From positions 5,537,921 through 5,601,920 of the forward strand of contig CAVNZM010000011.1 in the NCBI GenBank assembly GCA_963693365.1: DNA of 64,000 bases, read 5' to 3'. A program made the position numbers and the translations under genes. Numbering within the stretch: position 1 is the first letter of the stretch; every line of letters starts with the position of its first letter. Positions 47,984-62,100 of the stretch are shown piece after piece. A model generated the notes under the pieces. That model saw nothing but the letters and a program-made list of their open reading frames with translations. It did not search any database and had not been told where the DNA came from. The DNA comes from Amoebidium appalachense (lineage: Eukaryota; Protista; Ichthyosporea).

Positions 47984-48456
47984 CACACACACGGTGCATT
48001 TCCCCCCTCCCCTTCCCTCTCCACAGAGCACACACACACACACGTGCACACATGCACACACACGGTGCATCCCCCCTCTCCCCCCCTTCCCTTTCAACTG
48101 AGCACATACACACACACAGACATACACACACACACAACATACACAGACATCCACACATCAGACACAGACACGCATACACACACACACACACACACATGCA
48201 CATATGCACACACAGACACACACACATGCACATGTACACTCACACATGCACACACGCACACACGCAAACACGCACATACACACACACATACAGATATGCA
48301 CACACACACACAGTCTCTCTCTCTTTCTCTCCCTCCCTCCCTCCCTCCCTCCCCCCTCCCTCCCTCCCTCCCAACCATCCCTCCCTCCCTCCCTCCGTCC
48401 CTCCCTCCCTCCCTCCCTCCCTCCCTCCCTCCCTCCCTCCCTCCCTCCCTCCCCTT

Positions 48457-48502
<46 letters not shown>

Positions 48503-49206
48503 ACACACATGCACATGCACATGCACATGCACATGCACATGCACACTCACATATGCACTCACACACACACGCAAACACACACACACACACACACACACAT
48601 ACAGACATGCACACTCTCTCTCTTTCTCTCTTTCTCTCCCTCCCTCCCCCCCTCCCTCCCCCCTCCCTCCCTCCCTCCCTCCCAACCCTCCCTCCCTCCC
48701 TCCCTCACACATACACACATACACACACACGTACACACGTACACACGTACACATATAACCCTCTCTTCTCTTATGTAGTATCGTAGGAACGCTTGACAAA
48801 GGTACTACACGGGTGTTGGTTGGATGATGACAGTACATGTACCAGTGGGATAGATGCGGTTTACTCCAGGCAATGTACCAGTGTGTCGATTGATTTAGCT
48901 AATATTAGATCTATGTTTAGCTGTGTGTTATTTTTTCTCCTTTTTGTATTTAAGGCCTGGCCGGCCTCATAAAATGCTATCTAATCTTACTCGAGATCGA
49001 GCTTTTTTGGCCTTGAAGGCCGATCTTAATAAAGTACTGTGAATGTGTCCCCTGATGAGGGACTCTAGTCGATATATCTGCAAAACGACCCTGGGCCCCC
49101 CCTGAGGATGGGCTCTGCTTATTATGCATACTCTTTATGTATGGCTTGCATTCTGCATCGTGTTATCCGTTTGTTCTTGTGTACTTCGTACTTTTTGACG
49201 CATTCA

Positions 49207-49242
<36 letters not shown>

Positions 49243-49244
49243 TT

Positions 49245-49293
<49 letters not shown>

Positions 49294-49519
49294 AAAACAA
49301 ACAAAAAAGAAAGAAAAAAAGAGCGAGAGAATCCTTGTTTCTCGTATGTTACCAGCACGTAAGCAAGTATTTTATTCATTCACAATACATTGTTAGGTAT
49401 GTGTAGTATATTATGGTGTTATTATTTTTTGGTTTACAATATGGTGTCCACATTCCCAATATATCGTTATTGTCGACCAACTACTATGGTAGTGTAATGC
49501 TATGATGACAATTTGTGCA

Positions 49520-50840
49520 TGCGTTACTTATAAGCATCGGGTTTTTTCACTAACTACCCACAGAGTAGCTTCTAGCACGATAAATTCACCACAAATTATA
49601 AGGGGAGATGGTGAATGTGCCCTTGGAGTACGAGGGCCACACGAAAAAAACACAACGTTGTAGCTCGAATAGAACCCCCCTTGTAGCATAGTATATGTAC
49701 ATGTGTTACTTACACATTATTGGTTTTTTCAATAACTACCCACAGAACAGCTTCTAGCACGAGACATTTACCACACAGTTTATGGGGGGGATGGTGAATG
49801 TGCCCCTGGAGTACGAGGGTCACACGAAAAAAACACAACGTTGTAGCTCGAATAGAACCCCCCTTGTAGCATAATATTTGTACATGTGTTACTTACACAT
49901 TATTGGTTTTTTCAATAACTACCCACAGAACAGCCTCTCGCACGAGAAATTTACCACAAAGTTTATGGGGGGGATAGTGAATGTGCCCCTGGAGTACGAG
50001 GGTCACACGAAAAAAACACAACGTTGTAGCTCGAATAGAACCCCCCTTGTAGCATAATATATGTATATGTGTTACCTAGACATTATTGGTTTTTTCAATA
50101 ACTACCCACAGAACAGCTTCTAGCACGAGACATTTACCACACAGTTTATGGGGGGGATGGTGAATGTGCCCCTGGAGTACGAGGGTCACACAAAAAAAAC
50201 ACAACATTGTAGCTCGAATAGAACCCCCTTGTAGCATAGTATATGTTCATGTGTTACCTAGACATTATTGGTTTTTCAATAACTACCCACAGAACAGCTT
50301 CTAGCACGAGACATTTACCACAAAGTTTATGGGGGGGATGGTGAATGTACCCCTGGAGTACAAGGGTCACACGAAAAAAACACAACGTTGTAGCTCGTAT
50401 AGAACCCCCCTTGTAGCATAGTATATGTACATACGTTACCTAGACATTATTGGTTTTTCAATAACTACCCACAGAACAGCCTCTAGCACGAGAGATTTGC
50501 CACAAAGTTTATGGGGGGGATGGTGAATGTGCCCCTGGAGTACGAGGGTCACACAAAAAAAACACAACATTGTAGCTCGAATAGAACCCCCCTTGTAGCA
50601 TAGCATATGTACATGTGTTACCTAGACATTATTCGTTTTTTCAATAACTACCCACAGAACAGCTTCTAGCACGAGAACTTTACCACAAAGTTTATGGGGG
50701 GGATGGTGAATGTGCCCCTGGAGTACGAGGGTCACACGAAAAAAACACAACGTTGTAGCTCGTATAGAACCCCCTTTGTAGCATAGTATATGTACATAGT
50801 ATGTTACCTAGACATTATTGGTTTTTTCAATAACTACCCA
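49520..50840. repeat. Tandem array of a ~182-bp unit, ~7 copies
   Basis: TAACTACCCACAGA...GAATGTGCCCCTGGAGTACGAGGG...TAGAACCCCCCTTGTAGCAT recurs about every 182 bp. Confidence 0.95.
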
Positions 50841-50952
50841 CATGCGGCATGTGTTACTTTCACGTTATTGGTTTCCTAGCACGGGATATTCAGCACACAG
50901 TTGGGGATGTGGGGGCAGTGTACACCTCAATATTGGTAAGGTGGTGGGTGGG

Positions 50953-51004
<52 letters not shown>

Positions 51005-51119
51005 CCACACAACCGAAACTGTCGGTGTTACAAGTGGTTCGGTCTTAGGAAGTTAGAACGGTGATTTTTTAATTAATAGCGGGAAACAATATTATCCCCA
51101 TTGCATATGGGGGGAACGA

Positions 51120-51155
<36 letters not shown>

Positions 51156-51481
51156 TCACAACGAATTCTATCGACTGTGCATAATTAATGTATATTGCAC
51201 ATGTAGCCTGAAAGATTAAAGTGAATGTGTGTATGTATATGTGCGAGTATATTTGTGTATGCAATACATGTACAATGTATTCGTCTTTGTAGGTGGGTGG
51301 GTGGGGTGGGTGGGGGGGGGGGGGGGGGGGGGGGGGGGGGTGCGCGGGGGGGAAGAGGGAGGGGGGAGGGGGCATCATGATCAGGGATAACAGGGTGTGT
51401 GCGTGTGTGCGCTTGTGTGTGCATGTGCTGTGTGTGTTGTGTAGGTGTGCGCCTGTGTGTGTGCGTGCCTGTGTGTGCGCG

Positions 51482-51517
<36 letters not shown>

Positions 51518-51543
51518 GTGCATGTGTGAGTGTGTGTGCGTGC

Positions 51544-51593
<50 letters not shown>

Positions 51594-51939
51594 TTTCAAA
51601 GAAGTCGAAAGCGCCAGTGACACCCATGTTGAAAAAAAAGACAAGCAAGCACGCTAAGAAGGACAGCAAGAAGTAACAGAAACCCTTTCATGCCGAAAAA
51701 AATGGTCAAGAACAAAGAAGTGGAGGACACGTAACTATAGTCTGATAGTTGTGACTAAGGGCACTAAGGGTAGCGCTAAGGGCACCCAGGCTGATGCACG
51801 CGCGCGCGCGAGCCGAAATCTATTTTTATCTTTTTCCTAATCAGGCGCGGCGAATAGTGATTGGCTAAATCCCAATCCGGTTTGCAATTTTTTCTCCATT
51901 TAAGCCTGTACGCACGTTGTTTTCTCCATTTCTCTTCCC

Positions 51940-52060
51940 CCTTCCCGCAGGTCCGCAGGTCCTTTCCCGCAGGTCGCCTGGTCGCAAGTCCCTTCCCGCA
52001 GGTCGCCTGGTCGCAGTTCCCTTCCCGCAGCGCCTGGTCACAGATCCCCTCCGCAGATCG
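51940..52060. repeat. Short degenerate ~28-bp tandem repeat
   Basis: CCCTTCCCGCAGGTCGCCTGGTCGCA units. Confidence 0.75.
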
Positions 52061-52764
52061 CGCAGCCACCGCGCTGATTGTTTTGGACCATGCTGCATGC
52101 TGCAGCTTCTTCTTGAAGGTTAGTTTTGTGTTGCCTGCTTTTGTGCATATGGCGTTTGTCTGTCTGGTCTGTGTCCGTCCTGTGATTATGTCTGTGTCTG
52201 TGTCTGTGTGTGTGTGTGTGTATGTGTGTGTGTGTGCGTGCGTGCGTGTGCGTGTCTGCTGGCTGCAGATGCACGTTGCCTTTCACGTTCATGAACCAGC
52301 GACTGTGGGCACTACTTTGCTGTTAGCACTATAGCTATCGTCCCCTCCACCGATCGTTCAAGCTATTTTCTGCTTCTCTAGACTTCATAAGTTCTGGTCC
52401 GGGTTTCCGTCCTTACTATGTTTGAGGTTGGTTCTGTCGACTCTTTTTTTGCCACTCTCAGTCAGCCCCCTCAGTCCCCCCTTGGGCCCTCCCTGAGGAT
52501 GGGCTCTGCTTATGACGCATACTGTGCGCATGGCTGATGTTGCACACTTGAATGTTTGCCTTTGCATGTGTCCTGCACCATGCTTCTCATCGTGTATGCG
52601 TACTTCGTACTGTGTTCCGCATTCAAACCCCCCCCCCCCCCCCCCCCTCCCCCCAACTTCTCGCAAGTAGGATGAGCTAATTCTTAGCTCGAGTTCCTTT
52701 ACAGGTTTTGGCAAGGTTGGCCCATGAAGTCATCAGCAGCTATAAGGCTACGTTATCATCTAGA

Positions 52765-53260
52765 GGTGGGTACCGGCTCTTTGTCCTATGGCTGCTGTTG
52801 TTTCCGTTTTTCGTTTCATAGGTGGGTACCGGCTCTTTGTCCTGTTAAGGTAAATAAAGTATGGAGGCAAGACCCTGTGGGTCTGGGGCTCTTTGTCCTA
52901 TGGCAGCTGTTGTTTCCGTGTTTCGTTTCTGTGTTGCTCTTATAGCACATGAATGATCATGTGCATGTTTAGCACCCATAGGTGGGTACCGGCTCTTTGT
53001 CCTGTTAAGGTAAATAAAGTATGGAGGCAAGACCCTGTGGGTCTGGGGCTCTTTGTCCTATGGCTGCTGTTGTTTCCGTGTTTCGTTTCTGTGTTGCTCT
53101 TATAGCACATGAATGATCATGTGCATGTTTAGCACCCATAGGTGGGTACCGGCTCTTTGTCCTGTTAAGGTAAATAAAGTATGGAGGCAAGACCCTGTGG
53201 GTCTGGGGCTCTTTGTCCTATGGCTGCTGTTGTTTCCGTGTTTCGTTTCTGTGTTGCTCT
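52765..53260. repeat. 160-bp tandem repeat, ~3 copies
   Basis: CATAGGTGGGTACCGGCTCTTTGTCCTGTTAAGG at ~52817, 52977 and 53137. Confidence 0.93.
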
Positions 53261-54518
53261 TGGGGTGGTATATTAGTTGTGTTGTTTACATGTGTGCTCG
53301 ATGCCACTATCCAACCGAAGTTAATAAAGTGACCATACGGAACACGTATGGATGTCGACATGTGCAATACATTGGCAATTCATTGATAATGATCATGGGG
53401 CTGTGCTTACCGTACCGTGTGCATATTGCCAATATATTGAGCATGTGATTGAGGTATCAATAAAGCTATTATTAATACATTGGCAATGTTCGTCATATGT
53501 ATTATTCTTAGATATAAGACGTTACTCCGATATGCCTTTCATATTATAAGCGCACTTATACTGTACTTTGCCAATAACATGCATTCGTTCCCATTATCAA
53601 TTTATTGGCAATGTATTTGGATAATATAGTGTGATATTTATAATATATATGTAATGCATTATCAACACTTATATCTTTATGGTGGTGGTATCATTCGTAT
53701 GTTGGCAATATATGCTTGATATGGAACATACTTACATATTTCTTATTTGTAATGTGTTGGGAGTGTATTAATCATACCTCTGTTTATGTCATCAATATAC
53801 TCACGATATATAAGCAACCTATCGGCGATACCGCATTTATATATTGATTATAGTTGGATCATATGTTGGCAATACATTGTTTATATGTTTCTTGATATTT
53901 AAATCTTTGTATTTCTATGAATTACATATTGGCAATACATTAATAATGCGTTCATAGTGCAACTACAATGCGAAAATACAGTATTATCCATATCATTATC
54001 TGTATTTTTGATATTACTATAGTATTTGGTTGTTATTGTAATATCGCCCGGGTATAATTGATATTGGCAATACGTCTATAATGCTAGCGCAATAGTAATG
54101 CAATGGCAATGTAATGGCACTCTAATGTATTGGCGATATTGATGTAACATATACTGGATAATATATTCATATCAGCGGGATATCGACAATAGAGGGTATT
54201 GGTACTGTATTACCATTGACAATACCAAAGCAATATTATTGCAATATGGCGTTCCTATTGGCGGCAAGGGGTTCTATTGCCAATATCGCCAATAGCGCCA
54301 ATAGCAAAAAATACGTTGGCAATACTTCCGGGAAGTTTGCTGATGTTTTCCGTACACGTTCGTTCCTTTTCGTGTGTGTACACTTAGTAGAGTGCCGCGT
54401 CTCTAGTACACATACATTAGGATACGACAAGCTACACCTTTCTTTTAGTGCGGTTTTTCGCGCTAGGGTAACGCGGTGACAGTTCCTTCTGGGCTGTTGC
54501 TACACCTCAAACACACAG

Positions 54519-54552
<34 letters not shown>

Positions 54553-54582
54553 AAATAAACACAACCACCCGAACACCACACA

Positions 54583-55918
54583 ATGGCTAAGTTTAACGTA
54601 GACATGTTCTACGCATTGGCAGCGGAGGATAGCTCCCTGCACACACAGGTACCACAGGTTCATACACTAGACGTTAGACAGACCACAGCTTTCAGTTTTA
54701 CACTCAAACACGACTCGGAAATACCTAGGTGGCTTAGGACACTCCTAGCTAACACACCCACACTAGTGTTAGACACAAAGAAGGCCCCCACTGTGGCGGC
54801 CTCGTGCTTAATGATCAAACAGTGCATCGACCACAAAACAATGGCCGACTTATGCACCCTGATGGAGGAGCACCCGTACCGGGCCGAGCAGGCCCCCCAG
54901 GTGACGGCTCGTATATACGAGCAGCAGTACGACGAGGGGAGGGACGAGATGGTGTCCCGGACACTCGGCCAGAAACGTCTGGCCGCACGGTTCATCCCCG
55001 ACGACGAGGACGAGAACAGCACCGACGACGTGGACGGGGAGCTCGAGGCCTTCACACGGCCGGAAAACGAGCTCGAGTATACGGCCCGGCTCGTCGGCCG
55101 ATACCTGACGGCCGACCGGCGCCGTACCTTCCGGGCCCAGCTCAGAGAATGGAAGTATACCTTTCCCACTTTAGATATGTCCCCCGTAGAAGCTCGTGCA
55201 TTCTTTGAGAGGGAATATCGGGTCTTTGAAGACCTTTGTGAGTTAGCTGGTGACGTGAGTGATAGGGAAAAGTTTGAGTTTGCTCGTAAGGCTCTCTCTG
55301 TAAACACAGACACTGCACGCATGTTTGGGGAGCATGATGATGTAGATGAGGTGGTGTTGCATGTTAAACGTCACTTGCTTGCCATGCACTGAGGTGAAGT
55401 TCAATAAGAGGGATAAAAAGGAGGTGATGGAAGTAGACAAGAAAAAGAAGGAGAGTGGACAGAAGGGGGAAAAAGAGAAAAAAGAGGGTGAACAGCCAGA
55501 TGCACTCACCATGTTGGTCAAGCAGGTTGCCGAGCTCTCCCAGGCCGTCTTTTCTGGCCGAGGGGGCTTCGGCTTCCGGGGTGGCCGTGGCGGCGACCGG
55601 GGTGGACACGGCGGTCGTGGCCGAGGTGGACGTGGAGGACAACAGCAGCAGTTCACCGAGAGGTTTGCCCCTAATCTTGCTCGTGGTGGTGGGCAGGGTA
55701 GAGGGAGGGGTGGAAATGGTGGTGAGAGAGGCCGAGGGGGGCAGGGGGGAAGGGGGGGCCGTGGTGCACACGGTGGGCCCCCCCAGCATGACCGGGCTCC
55801 CGGTTATGCTTTGCGCCAAGGTTTTGAAGTCCCCCCTGGCCCCTTCTTTGGTCCATGTTACTTTTGTGGCCGGCAAGGGCACTCTGCTGCATATTGCCGT
55901 AGTTACAAGAGCTATTGA
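54583..55918 (+). pseudogene. Gypsy family A gag, copy 2 (1-bp frameshift near 55390)
   Basis: Near-identical to 41414-42755; ends CYFCGRQGHSAAYCRSYKSY*. Confidence 0.88.
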
Positions 55919-57123
55919 GTTCCGGGGGAGGGGGAAGCTGGGGTCACTGAGGGAGGGGGGGGGGGACAGTATCGGTCCCCCCCAGGTTGCAGAGAACCTT
56001 CACCCTCCCCCCACCCCAGGTTAAGCTTCCCTTTGCCCCCTCACCGCCCCGATACGTGTGGGAGCCGGGCATCGTCGTGGGTCCTCAAGACAGCGTCGAG
56101 GTGGTATGGCATGAATGTTTGTGGGGTGACTCTACCAAATGTATGAATGGTGTGAATGTTTTGTGGTTGGGGGAGGTTCCCCAGCCACAAGTGGATGGTC
56201 TCAGTGTTTCTTGTCCCAACCCGGTGTTTATTCTAACCACACCGGAGGGGGTTTCTGTGCCATTGTTTCCGGGAAGGGGGGGGACACACACGAGTAAAGG
56301 GGGAAGGGGGGGGGAAGGCACAGACACGTAGAAACACACCACCACAACAACATACGACGGTTGCAGACACACCTACACCCACACACACACCCACACATAC
56401 ACCAAACACACACACACCACCCACCCACACACCACACACACACACTCCACCACCACCCACATGTAAACATCTGTACACGCCGTACATGTTTACTATTACG
56501 AATATACTGTACATATCATAGTGATCACGTAGATATTGTGTACATATGATCAGATCAATATCACACGCGACAGCCGCGGGCTGCGGCTCACGACTGAGCC
56601 GCGGCGCCGGCAATATGCAGTGGCCGTGCAGTCAGTATGAACCAATAGAATTCGAGAACCGCTAGGATAGGAATGCAAGTCTCATCCACTACGGAGGCGA
56701 CATCTATAGCTAAACGAACGGAACCAATAAGGAAATCAGACCCAGTTGCATAAACCTAAACGGGCTTAAGTATTGACCAATCATTTGCCACAAAGTTATC
56801 CTTTTAGTTAGCTTCATGTTATTGGTGCACTGTGTGCACATAAAGACGACCGCACTCTTCTGACTGGTCAGAAGTCACGAAGGCATCAATGCCACCCATC
56901 CAGATGATCCGGAACCTGGGGGCTATATAAACAAGCCGTCCCAGTACGGGGGATCACTCTGAACGAGCACATTAAATAGTAACCTGGCCGCGTGTGCCTT
57001 ACTACCCGTTCTCTGTCTTTATTCTGATTCAGTTGTTCTCTGCCTTATCCCAACTAGTTCAACTGTTTACATTGGCGACCGCGCAGTTCCAGAATCTCAC
57101 ATCTTTCAAGAATCTCTTCAACC

Positions 57124-59125
57124 ATGGCGGGCGAATTTGACGACTACCCTGTACTCTCGGACAATGAAAGCAAACTGACACGTGACACCAAGAAGCCTAC
57201 CGCAGTCAAACCGCCGCCCCCAACGCAGAAGAAAGCCAAGACTCCGGGGCAGGGCACGAAAACACTCCCCACCCCTCCCCCTACACAGCCTCGTGCTCCC
57301 CAGAAACCGAACACGATCACAAAACCCAACACACACACGAACACAAAGGCAACTACGAAGCCCACTGGCAACGAACAAACGAAGCCCAACGAAAGCACGA
57401 AACCCAAAGACAAAACGAAGCGCAACGAACACACGAAAACCAACGAACATACGAACACCAACGAACACACGAACACCAACAAACACACGAACGAACTTCA
57501 AGTAGCAACGAAGGAAAAAAACGAAACAAGACCGGGACACTGCCACAGCTCTGGCAGAGGTGCGGGGCCGTGTTCTCTCCAAGTTCTATCGTATTGAAAC
57601 TCTGAGACGTGCCATTCAAACTGCAATCGATGCTGGGCGGCCTGTGATGGACCTCGAAGCTGATGTCGCGCAGATTTACAGTGAGATTTCGCAGATGGAA
57701 GACACCACACTGTCTAGAATGTTGTGCACGTCCGCGAAATGGTCTGAGTTGGAGCGGGAAGCACAGTTGGTGGCTGAGGCACGTGTGAAAAATACGACGG
57801 TGCCCACCACCCCCCGTCCTCCCCCACCCACCACAGGCAAGAAGCCTTTGTCCCCGGTCCCATCTGGGTGCACTGATCCCAAGGTAATTGCACCTCCCGC
57901 ACCCCCCACTAAATTTACATATAAGGATGTGCTTGCGCGCACACTCAGCTACACTGATTCTGATGCTGAAAATGAAGAAAAACACGAACAAAGTTACGAA
58001 GACACACCCACAAACGAAAACGAACACATGACTGCGAAAGTGCATGAAGAAGATCACTTCGACCAGCCTAAAGCACCCGTATTTAACGAAATCCCCCTTG
58101 CAGGATCCCCTCTGGCGTCTGCAGGTGGACTGGCAGGCACGCCAAGTCGCCCGAGAGGCTCTGATGTCAGCACAGGCTCAGGAGGTAAGGCTGGGTCTAT
58201 ATTGAACAAGCACTTTGCAGAGCACGAAAAACTGTGGTTGCACCCTCTCCGCCAGTTGCATGCATCCGAATACGGCCCCATCTTGGCTGCATTGAAACTA
58301 CCAGAATACAAGGGTGACTTGCAGGATAAATGCACGGTGATTGAATGGCTGCACGAATTTTCCCAGCAGATGTTTTGCATTGCAGGGGTCCCCCCCACAC
58401 TTGCTGTTCGCTGGGCGGTGCAGTGCTTTCCTCTTGCTTCCCCCGCCCGTGTGTGGTACACGAATTTTACCAGGACACAGGGAGAACTCACGTTTGATGC
58501 ATTTGCACATGCACTAGTTACGAAATTTCACGACCAGCGTGTGCAAGAGGCACTCAGTGCCGAATTAAATGCACTCAAACAAGGCAAGCAAAAGGTGGCC
58601 GAATTTGCAAGCAGGCATGCGCGTTTGTGGGCACGTGTGTACCCCCTTAAGTCTGAGGCACACCAAATTTTGGATTTGTCTCACCGATTGGGTGGGGAAG
58701 ACGAACAAGAATTTCGCAAATATCAACTCAGACAAACACGAAAAGAAGAAGAATTGACCCTGTCTGGAGTTGTTGCCTATCTCGCAGAAAAAGAAAGAGA
58801 CAGGCACACACGAACCCCATCCACCATTCTAACACAGAAACCCCCCACAAAACAGCAACCCGGTGGTGGATCTGGTGCCAGCGAGAAGCCGTCTATTTTT
58901 TCGCGCATGGGCACCACCCCCTGCAACCGTGGGTGCAAGTACGGCAGCCACGCCGAAGGCAAGACGTGCCCGGCCCTCAAATTCGAATGCCACTCCTGCA
59001 AGCAGAAGGGGCACTTTGGGGGGTCACCAATTTGCCCCAAGTACGACCCCAACTTTAAGAAGGGAACCCGCAAGGCAGAGATTGAGGCTAATCGGGCCAA
59101 GTTCAAGAGAGCACGTGTAGAATAG
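57124..59125 (+). CDS. Gypsy family B gag (apparent 1-nt frameshift in the A-run at ~57515-57521)
   Basis: ORFs 57124-57597 and 57560-59125 join if one A is removed. LPEYKGD..VIEWL, ARVWY, LKQGKQKVAEF, CPALKFECHSCKQKGHFGGSPIC. Confidence 0.85.
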
Positions 59126-62100
59126 GAAGGCGGGCAAGGGACTGGTCTCTCCCCAGTAGAACATAATGTATTTGATTTAATAGCAGAGCTGGAACTGTGT
59201 TCCCCTCTGGCAGATAAATTGCAAAATAAATCTACTGGTGCGGAAATTTCTGTTGTCTCGGAGCCCTCCCACGAATCTGCATGTGCCCCACCCCCCCCCA
59301 CGAACAGTTACCCCCGTGTACTGACCCCCCCATGCACACGCACACCCCCGCCCCCGCGCAAAAAGAAAAATGTGCATTTTGCTGACCGTGTGCACTCCTC
59401 CATTGCAGAACCACGGCATGAAAATGCCACTGTGTGCACATTAACCCACGAAAATAAATGCACAGCCACACTTGCGCGAATGTATGTGCATGGGAAGCTA
59501 GTCACAGTAGTTGTCGACTCTGGTGCTAGCCATAGCTGTATAAGCACAGCATTTTACGAATCTCTCCCTGTAGTGGCAAGAAAACGAATTCAGCATGTTC
59601 CTAATTTTAGTGTACTGGATGCACAAAGTAACGAAATGACATGCCAAGGAAGTATATCTCTCACTCTCGCCATTCCCAACGAATCTGCTCTAGTGGTGCA
59701 CAGATGGCATGTGATTGATAATCTACCATATGATGCCTTATTAGGTGTTGATTTCATGGGGCCACAACAGGGACGAATTGATTACGGTGCTGCAGAACTT
59801 TCGTTCATGTATGCTAAGGGAAATCGCAGGTGCAGTATTCCGGTGTGGTGGTTGCGTGGGAGTGCGGAGGAGACAGCTGTTTCTCGCGTATTAATTACCA
59901 CCACAGGTATTCACCTCCCGGTAGATGCGTCAAATATCGCAACGTGTAAAATAAAACTCGCTGCCGGCGCACCACCACCACGAACTTTAGACTGTTGTAT
60001 GGGCACAGTGGTTCCATGTGGTCCACTTAATTCACGGGCTTACACAACAGCATGCAGTGTCACCAGTTTAGCTCGAATTTCGAATAACGAACCCCCCCTC
60101 TCCACTAGCGAAGAAAGTGTGATCGAGGACGAATACGAATGCAAGGTGTTGTTGACTAACACATCGGACCATCATGTGTACCTAGGCCCTGGTACGGAGG
60201 TGGCCATGTTTATTCCCTTGCAATCAGATGACACTGTTACTCTTTTAGCACGTCCACACTCCGGTAATGGAACCAGGAGGGCGACAACCCCACACCCTGG
60301 CCATCCATTAGGTACCTCTGCTAAAACGAACTTTTCTTCGCAGGAATCAACCAAAGAACCCACCGAACACGAACCACACACTTTCCAGGCGGCTACTAAT
60401 ATTAACGGTAGTATTAAGGTGTGTGAACGGAGTAAAATTATGAATATGAGTACGAAAGAGAACACCACACAGCGCAGTTCCACGAAAATGAATGGTTTTG
60501 GTAATCCAGCACGAACAAAACCAGAGGTAGGGCCACCTACTATCGAAGCAGCAGATGGGGCACCATCTACCACTGCACTGGAGGATACGAATAATTTACG
60601 AAAGCGTACGCACGAATGTACCTCCGACGGGGAAGCCGCCACAGACGACGACTTGCCTTTTGGGGTCAAACCTCCAGAAGAATACGACATGCCTGGAACT
60701 CCCCCAGACCAACGGAAACCGTTGGCGAAACGGATACGAAAACTGCTTAAGAAATGGAAGCATGTGTTCTCTGCACACGACAACGACTTTGGTTTGAGTA
60801 CCTTAGACGAACTGTCGATCGAAGTAACTACCACCATACCACAGTACCGCAGGCCCTATAACATCCCACATCACCTTCGCGATAGCCTACACAAACAAAT
60901 TCAAAATTGGGTAGAGTTTGGAGTGATTGAGCCTGCGTCCAGCCCTTACTCCGCTCCGATGGTGTTGGTGGCGAAAAAGGACGGGTCTTTAAGAGTCTGC
61001 ATTGATTTTAGAATGCTGAACTTGATTACGAAGAAAGACGGTTACCCTTTACCACGAATTGACATGGCTCTGGGTATGCTCAGAGGTGCCCGCGTGTTTT
61101 CCGCACTTGATTTAAACGGTGGTTACCACCAAGTCAAAGTAGCCGATAACGACAAAGAAAAACTTGCATTTACCACCCCCTGGGGGCAGTATCAATTCGC
61201 ACGCGCACCTTTTGGAGTAAGTAACATGCCTGCTGTCTTTTCAAGGATGATGAACCGTGTATTCGCTGGTATGCTGTGGACACATGTACTCATATATCTC
61301 GATGATATATTAGTTATGTCACCCACTATCGAAGAACATTTTGGGCATTTAGATTCATGTTTTTCCCGGCTCTGTGATGCAGGATTAAAACTGAAAGGCA
61401 GAAAATGCTCTTTGTTCATGGAAGAAGTTGGCTATTTAGGCCATCGCGTATGCCCGGATGGTATTAAGGTAGACCCAGAAAAAGTGGCAGCAATAAAGAA
61501 TAAAAGCTACCCACAAAATTTATCTGAGCTACGAAGTGACCTCGGGTTATTTTCATATTATCGAATATTTGTGGACGATTTCAGCCATACGGCTGAACCA
61601 CTCACGCGAATGCTGGGCACCTCGAAGGAGGATTCAGAATTACTAAAACGAATTCACGCAAAAATGCCCCCCTCTACGAAACCCGCCAAACGCAACGGCA
61701 GCGCAAAACAACGAAAAGACGAAGCAAAAAATTTGCACGCCGATTCTGCAGCTATTTTGGCCACGAAAAAGAAAGCACAGAAAAATGCTGCATGGGTGTG
61801 GGGTACGGAACAGGAGAAAGCATACGATACCCTTAAGAATGCGTTAATTAATGCACCTGTGCTTGCTCACCCCGATTTCACCAAACCTTTTATTGTTGAC
61901 TCAGATGCTTCACAGTATGCTCTGGGCGCAGTGATTTCGCAGGTAGGTGATGACGGCAAAGAACGACCCATAGCTTATGCTAGCAGAACACTCTCTAAGA
62001 GTGAACGAAATTATGCGGCGAATAAAAGGGAAGCCTTAGGTGTGTATTGGGCTGTGTGCAAAGCATTCCGCGCTTACACCTATGGGGCTCCTTTCTTGTT

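Noticed and set aside
46951-48786. 611-aa and overlapping long His/Thr or Cys/Val ORFs (similar ones at 21641-23187, 7059-7930, 32545-33104)
   Set aside because: Translations of (CA)n, (GA)n, (CCCT)n and poly-C/G tracts that lack stops by composition.
49520-50840. Regular array as a possible CRISPR
   Set aside because: Whole ~182-bp units are repeated with no unique spacers, no cas genes, and a eukaryotic context.
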